A stretch of DNA of 32,000 nt from Thermofilum adornatum (GTDB lineage: Archaea; Thermoproteota; Thermoprotei; Thermofilales; Thermofilaceae), in the NCBI RefSeq assembly GCF_000446015.1, contig NC_022093.1, positions 330,001 through 362,000 on the forward strand, in the 5' to 3' direction. A program made the translations under genes and the position numbers. Under the pieces are notes generated by a model, which saw nothing but the letters and a program-made list of their open reading frames with translations, made no database searches and was not told the origin of the DNA. Of this stretch, positions 27,188 to 32,000 are shown one piece after another (position 1 is the first letter of the stretch; the number at the start of each line of letters is the position of its first letter).

Positions 27188-28843
27188 ATGAGTGAAAAGT
27201 CCAAGGTTCTTGTTGTTGCTTCTTGGGGTGATCCGAGGAGGTGGGATGAAGTTAGCTACCGTCTGTCTGTTGAGAGCTTGGAGCACCCTGGCTTGAGGAA
27301 GGTTCTTGGCGAGGGGGCCAGGGAGCTAGAGTGCAGGAGTAGGAGTTCTACGGTGTCTCTTTTGTGCCTGTTGTCTAGTGCGGGGCTCGATGTTCATGGT
27401 GTTGTTTTTGGTTTGGATACTGTTGCTAGTGTCTCTTCACAAAATATTCGCAACGATGCATTGAATGTTTATGATAATAGTCTGGAGGAATTTGTCAAGG
27501 GTTCTACGTGTTGTGAGGAGATAAAAGAGGAGATAAAGGAGAGGATTGAAGTTGTCGTTACTCCTGGAGTCGGCACGTATGGGGGTCTATCGTACAGGGG
27601 TAGTCCAACACATATTTTCACACAGGCATTCATGAAGATATATAAAAGGCTGGCAGACGACCATACTTTTCTAGTCGTAGACATTACTCATGGGATTAAC
27701 TATCAGACGACTGCCATTCTCTATGCGGCCATGACTAGCGCGATCGTTGCGGGGAAGGAAAAAAACCTAGTAATTTTTAACTCCGAGCCGCCTAGCCCTC
27801 CTACCAAGCCCCAGAGAACTGATAAGTCCCCTCAGCCAGCACAGCTTGGCGCTGTGCAACCTGTTCCACAGGCTACCTCCCAGCAGGCCTCTAATCCGCA
27901 GAGCCTGGGCATATTGGATGTTACACTCTTGTCGAATGCCCTTCAGTTCGCAATGGCTGCTCGAGACATCCTGTTGTTCCGCTCCAAGAGTATCTCTGAG
28001 CTAAGGAAGGCATCAGTAAAGGGTTCCAAGAGGGTTGCCGAGGCGCTTGTCTCTCTTGAGACGTTTACAAGGCTCCTAGAGAACGCCGCGGTGGCGTTGA
28101 CTTTTCCCGGCGCCTTAGACGAGAATGGGGAGAGGCTTGGTTACAGCCTGTGCAGCTTCCTTGAAAGCTTTACTAGTGACCCTTGTAGCGAGATTGAAGA
28201 CCAGCCAGAGAAGGACGATGTAAAGAAAGTCGTTACATACCCCTCTCCCGAGACAGCTAGGGTGCTAGAGTGCATCCTTTATAGTGTCCTTAGGAGGCTC
28301 GCCGAAGACGAGAGAGGAAAAAGTAATGGCTTATGCGTGGATGCGGCGAAGAGCGACCTCGCAGAATACCTTAAACGTGTTGCTGAGAGGCTCCAGGAGG
28401 CGGGGCTTAAGTATGCATCGTTAATAGCAAAGCGTGAAAAACAAAAACTGGACACATTCATTGGGACATTCCAGAACTGTCTAAACGAGTTCGACAAAAA
28501 TAAGGCCATGCTTGGGGGCATAGCCCAACACCTAGTTTTGAGAGAGAACGAGGTCGAGGTAGATGTCAGTCTTTTCCATGCATTTGAGGAGCTAGAACAA
28601 AAGAAGAGCAAGTTGCCGTGCATCTATATTTTGAATGATGTAGAAGAAAAAGTTAGGAATTTCAAGAAGGAGGAGGTAATAGACGAGAACAATGCTAGGA
28701 ACATTTCGGCACACGCTGGGCTCTCCTACACCATAATTGAAAAAGTTGTAGTTTCGAGGCAAGCTGACAGGTGGACGGTCTCAAAGATAAAGTATAATAG
28801 GGGCAAAGTTCAAGAATATCTGAAAATACTTAGCAGAATTTAA
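27188..28843 (+). CDS. csx1: Csx1-family CRISPR ancillary protein (DxTHG-type CARF N-domain plus C-terminal HEPN R-x4-H)
   Basis: 551 aa. N-terminal VLVVASWGDPRRWDEVSY. DITHGIN at nt 27680-27694 (DxTHG motif). C-terminal RNISAHAG at nt 28697-28714 (RNxxAHxG HEPN motif). Flanked by CRISPR arrays. Confidence 0.85.
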   Translation: MSEKSKVLVVASWGDPRRWDEVSYRLSVESLEHPGLRKVLGEGARELECRSRSSTVSLLCLLSSAGLDVHGVVFGLDTVASVSSQNIRNDALNVYDNSLEEFVKGSTCCEEIKEEIKERIEVVVTPGVGTYGGLSYRGSPTHIFTQAFMKIYKRLADDHTFLVVDITHGINYQTTAILYAAMTSAIVAGKEKNLVIFNSEPPSPPTKPQRTDKSPQPAQLGAVQPVPQATSQQASNPQSLGILDVTLLSNALQFAMAARDILLFRSKSISELRKASVKGSKRVAEALVSLETFTRLLENAAVALTFPGALDENGERLGYSLCSFLESFTSDPCSEIEDQPEKDDVKKVVTYPSPETARVLECILYSVLRRLAEDERGKSNGLCVDAAKSDLAEYLKRVAERLQEAGLKYASLIAKREKQKLDTFIGTFQNCLNEFDKNKAMLGGIAQHLVLRENEVEVDVSLFHAFEELEQKKSKLPCIYILNDVEEKVRNFKKEEVIDENNARNISAHAGLSYTIIEKVVVSRQADRWTVSKIKYNRGKVQEYLKILSRI

Positions 28844-28887
28844 AAAAGATATTATAGATTTTTTGGCTTTGTTTTTCGGCTGGATTG

Positions 28888-29202
28888 CTACGTAGATCTT
28901 AGTTTTTCTATGAAGGCCTCTATCGATATGGGTTTGTCGCTGAATGGGAATGCAAGCTTCTCGCCGTGCTGGTCTTGGTCTTTTCCTGGCTGGAAGGCGT
29001 ATATTTCTGCTTTTTGTAGGGCGAGGAGCCCGAGGCCGGGGCTTTTTCTTCCCCCTATGTTGAGGCCTAATGTTTTCACGTATTCGAGGGTGCTAGCTAG
29101 TAGCCTTGAGGGGGTGTCGCCGGTGGAGTCGAGGAGCCCTATGATTACTAGGGGTATTTGGATTTTTGCGTCTGTTGTTTCTACTGCGTATAGTGTGCGC
29201 AC
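28888..29202 (-). pseudogene. Possible C-terminal fragment of a RAMP-superfamily Cas protein, abutting array C
   Basis: 104 aa. LGLNIGGRKSPGLGLL resembles the glycine-rich loop of RAMPs (Cas6/Cas7/Cmr-Csm type). The GTG start lies only 9 nt from the distal repeat (29212), which leaves no room for a promoter or an N-terminal RAMP domain. The assignment rests on motif resemblance only. Confidence 0.3.
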
Positions 29203-29211
29203 TCTTATATT

Positions 29212-29365
29212 CTTTCAATTCATTCTTTTCTGATACTTGGTATTACTATCAAGGGTAAGAGCGTTAGCTTTCCGAACTTTCAATTCATTCTTTTCTGATA
29301 CATGTCAAATTATTAGAAAAGGTGAGCGGGAAATGAGCGACTTTCAATTCATTCTTTTCTGATAC
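29212..29365 (-). CRISPR. CRISPR array C, family 2: 3 identical repeats and 2 spacers
   Basis: Repeats at 29212-29236, 29277-29301 and 29341-29365, all CTTTCAATTCATTCTTTTCTGATAC. Spacers are 40 and 39 nt. There is no degenerate terminal repeat. Confidence 0.92.
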
Positions 29366-29664
29366 CGTTTCCTTGGGGATTATTTTGTATTGGTGTTATT
29401 TATTTGTTTCTCTGTTGTGTGAAAGTGTATTTATGTCAAAGTTTTCCATAGAACACATTATCTTGTTTTAGTTTTCCAATTGTGACTTATAAATGATATA
29501 GATCGAGAAGAGAAGTTAGGGAAGACTTTATTTTACAAAAAGTCTTCTTCCCTTAAAACGCTATAGTTTCCCTTGGAAAACATTTCTACAGAGATTTTTA
29601 GGGGAACCCTTTCTTCCTACCTCGTATCACGATGGAAAAATCTCTGTTTTTCTCTTTTCTTCAA
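29366..29664 (-). promoter_or_regulatory. CRISPR leader, family 2, copy C
   Basis: Collinear with copies A and B but more diverged in the middle. The proximal TTATTTATTTG box and the distal inverted repeat are both conserved. Confidence 0.78.
29588..29647. repeat. Leader-distal 12-bp inverted repeat, copy C (ACAGAGATTTTT ... AAAAATCTCTGT)
   Basis: Perfect arms at 29588-29599 and 29636-29647. Relative to copy A, the two outer positions changed on both arms (CC/GG to TT/AA). Confidence 0.7.
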
Positions 29665-29915
29665 AAATTTTAGCTTTAGACGAGGTAGAGAGTCCTTTAA
29701 ATTTCCTATGCTGTTTATGCGTCTTGGTTGGAGTTGCGTCTCTGATAGGGAGTGCACGCGATGCGGTTGTAGGTGGCGTGACTTTTTGACCGTGAAAATG
29801 GCAGGGGAATTTTAGTGTGAGGCTGGGAGGGGCAGTGGTTAGTTTTTTGGTGAGGGGCTTTTTGGCTTAGATGTGAGGTCTGCGTTTTTGGCTTGAGTTT
29901 TTTGTCGAGGATTCT

Positions 29916-30021
29916 GGTAATAATTATGTTATTTTAGTGATAACTTTGTCTTTTTGTTTTTCTCTGTTTAAAATAGCTGTGATAACTATGTTATTATTTA
30001 AAATAACTTTAATATTATTTT
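29916..30021. promoter_or_regulatory. Second copy of the ATAAC/GTTAT operator-like block (partly decayed)
   Basis: ATAATTATGTTAT 29920-29932 and ATAACTATGTTAT 29982-29994 are intact. ATAACTTTGTCT (29940-) and ATAACTTTAATAT (30003-30015) have lost the right half-site. Collinear with 26948-27052, including CTGTTTAAAATA(A/G)CTGTGATAACTATGTTATTATTTA. Confidence 0.55.
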
Positions 30022-30112
30022 GTTGCCTGAGTATGCGTTGTTTTTGATGAAGTTCTCGATTCATTTTAAATTTTATATCTTTATATATCTTTGTAGTGAC
30101 CTGGCTATATGT

Positions 30113-30226
30113 GTGGAGCTAGGCGAAAAAGCAACAGTCGGTAGACAGGATGAAAAGTGGGTAATTGCAAAGGTTGGAATTCAGCTGGGGGAAAAGAGTT
30201 TAAAGTTATTTATTATTATGTGCTAA
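30113..30226 (+). pseudogene. Remnant of the C-terminal tail of a csx1 paralogue
   Basis: VELGEKATVGRQDEKWVIAKVGIQLGEKSLKLFI aligns with the last residues of the 551-aa Csx1 (TIIEKVVVSRQADRWTVSKIKYNRGKVQEYLKIL). It occupies the position after the operator block that csx1 occupies in the first module. Nothing upstream of it resembles csx1. Confidence 0.5.
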
Positions 30227-30277
30227 GAAATTTTATAGTAACTGGGGTAAGTTTTTGCTTCGTTCCTTCATGGCTAG

Positions 30278-32000
30278 CTATGCTCCCCACTGCTTAAGAT
30301 AGGAAACAATGTCGTTATATGTGCCAAGAATTAATTTATAGTCATTGTCCCCTCTTCTTTGTATTATTGAGTGCTTGGTTCCTCTTACTAGCCCTAAATG
30401 TGCATAGAAATCTCTTTCCTCTGGTTGACCACTCTTGGGAATGTAGATTTGGAAATCTTTGAGTGCCCAACACTCATAATATTTAGACGGCTTCTCGCTG
30501 GCTGTGTTGTCGAAATAACTTTTTATTCTCTCGATCTCTGTCCTAGCAATAACGCTGAAGGGTTTTGAGTAGACTTTTTCTGCTAGTTCAGCTATTTTGT
30601 CTAACTCAATAGAGGAGCAGCTTTCTGCTTTAAATATCTCATGAACGTCTACCACTGTACTGTGGTCCTTAGAGTATGTAGGGCTCTTTTCTAAGTCACT
30701 TATGATTTCATTTGTGTAATCGCACGACGCTAAGATTTTCTTGGATGCCTCTTTTAATATAGCACTTAAAGAAAGCAACGTGATGGCATCTATGTCTGGT
30801 GTTCCCTGCTTATTCCATCTATACGTCGCTATATACTCGAAGTTTCCTTTATTTCTCGTAAATTCTATTTCTGAAGTTTCTAGTCGCTCAATCGCCTGGT
30901 TGAGAATAGTTTCGATCGACAAGTCTTCACCGTTTTTGTTTAATTTTGTGAATCTAGCTATGTGAAGTGCCCAGGGAAGAATACCCCTCACAAAGAGTAG
31001 TGCAGTGGCTAGGATTTGTTCCCATGTATCTATACCGGGTACTTTATTGTGTAGTCTCTTATATATGTCTTCAAATCGCTGTTGGGAGAGTATGCTCTCA
31101 ATCCTTGTTCTCAACGTATCGAAAAAGACTCCGTTATTTACGAAGAAGCCTTGTTTCTTGTAGAATCTCATTTGCTTATATGAGACTAGATCAAGTGAAA
31201 TTGAGGGAGTACTCGAAGCTTTAGAGACAGATATGAGGGGTTGTGAATTATAATGAAATAGATGTATCTGATATTCTGGCGTATCTGTAAATGCTTTTTG
31301 AAGGGCAAGCAACGAACATGCGAGAGGTATAGCTTCTTCAAGCGCTAGAGCAAAATAGTTGACCCCATGAGATGTATCATAAATTACAGCAATATTGTTT
31401 TTTCTGGAAAGTCTCAATTTATCCATTGCATAGGCTAGAATGCCTCCGAGAATATAAGAGAAGAAATCGTCGCCACGCCAAATAAACAAATAGGTAATGT
31501 TAGAGTTGGAGTTAGATTTAGATTGATATTTATAGGAAACTGTCCCGGGAAGTATTTTAAATATTTTAGAGGCATCTTCTTTATCTTTAATACTGATCTT
31601 TGAACTTTTTCTAAAGTCATTTTTAAAAGCTTCAGTATTCAGGATGTATCGTAGAATACTTTCAAAAAGGTCTTTGCGATGCTTTATATTGTCCTGAGAA
31701 TCCCTCCACCAATATTCTATCTTTTTCTTCAGTTCTATTTTCGGCTCTATTATATGGTTAATCAAGAGAGTGTCCTGTAGGAAAATGCAAATTTTATCTT
31801 TATCCAGGATATTCGTGGGAAGGATATTTATAATACTTCTAGTCGTAGAAAAGAACTTTTCTTGTGAGGATTGGAGGCATTTTTTAGTTTTCTTTTCATT
31901 TATTATGCATTCTATGCAGTAATTCTTGCTTTCCCACTCGGCGGGGTCTCCCCACGTTGAAAATAAAAAAACTTCCTCGTATTTTGAGAAGCACTCATCA
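30278..32000 (-). CDS. csx1: Second, highly divergent Csx1-family protein (DxSHG CARF variant plus HEPN); 5' end is beyond the window
   Basis: The tracked ORF (TTG at 31765) is too short. The same frame stays open for 78 more codons to the window edge: DECFSKYEEVFLFSTWGDPAEWESKNYCIECII... The segment VFLFSTWGDPAEW parallels VLVVASWGDPRRW of the other Csx1. Other motifs are DTSHGVNY, YNSQP and a C-terminal RDFYAHLG (R-x4-H). Confidence 0.8.
   Translation of the reverse strand, partial: DECFSKYEEVFLFSTWGDPAEWESKNYCIECIINEKKTKKCLQSSQEKFFSTTRSIINILPTNILDKDKICIFLQDTLLINHIIEPKIELKKKIEYWWRDSQDNIKHRKDLFESILRYILNTEAFKNDFRKSSKISIKDKEDASKIFKILPGTVSYKYQSKSNSNSNITYLFIWRGDDFFSYILGGILAYAMDKLRLSRKNNIAVIYDTSHGVNYFALALEEAIPLACSLLALQKAFTDTPEYQIHLFHYNSQPLISVSKASSTPSISLDLVSYKQMRFYKKQGFFVNNGVFFDTLRTRIESILSQQRFEDIYKRLHNKVPGIDTWEQILATALLFVRGILPWALHIARFTKLNKNGEDLSIETILNQAIERLETSEIEFTRNKGNFEYIATYRWNKQGTPDIDAITLLSLSAILKEASKKILASCDYTNEIISDLEKSPTYSKDHSTVVDVHEIFKAESCSSIELDKIAELAEKVYSKPFSVIARTEIERIKSYFDNTASEKPSKYYECWALKDFQIYIPKSGQPEERDFYAHLGLVRGTKHSIIQRRGDNDYKLILGTYNDIVSYLKQWGA

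Noticed and set aside
30020-30112. N-terminal two-fifths of the 68-aa ORF 30020-30226
   Set aside because: Only the last 38 or so codons resemble the Csx1 tail. The upstream part (FSIHFKFYIFIYL) is a translation of AT-rich operator-flanking DNA with a TTG start, so the ORF as a whole is not called as a gene.
30741-31620. Small ORFs inside or antisense to the second csx1 (30741-30965, 30967-31224, 31435-31620)
   Set aside because: They are embedded in a longer, motif-supported reading frame, and AT-rich sequence produces short chance ORFs.

Overview
This is an archaeal, crenarchaeal-type chromosomal window, judged from a Sulfolobus-type single-OB SSB, Alba, ABCE1, Cgi121, NAC, stalk protein P0, TATA-like boxes and many GTG/TTG starts. 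I cannot name the species from sequence alone. Bases 1-26,000 are mostly minus-strand housekeeping genes: a glycosylation trio, ssb, glycerate 2-kinase, a GH57 enzyme, albA, abcE1, a THUMP protein, cgi121, a DUF62 SAM hydrolase, rtcA, a CDP-alcohol phosphatidyltransferase, nac, alaS, and the ribosomal genes S19-L11-L1-P0 and L3-L4-L23-L2. Five very small CRISPR arrays (1-4 spacers) lie in the window, three of them in intergenic gaps between these genes. They belong to two repeat families, all are transcribed on the minus strand (repeats end in ATTGAAAG), and each has a complete conserved leader. Bases 26,000-32,000 form a decayed, partly AT-rich CRISPR accessory island. It holds two divergent Csx1-family (DxTHG CARF plus R-x4-H HEPN) genes, a remnant of a third csx1 tail, a possible RAMP fragment abutting an array, and a duplicated array-leader-operator module with clustered ATAAC-N(0-3)-GTTAT palindromes. 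No cas1/2/4, cas6, cas10 or Cascade genes occur in the window. No tRNA, rRNA, transposase or integrase was recognised. The points most worth follow-up are the leader-equipped mini-array cassettes, conserved and covarying leader elements shared between the two leader families, the palindromic operator cluster between leaders and csx1, and a split ribosomal-protein cluster that includes a tail-less P0.
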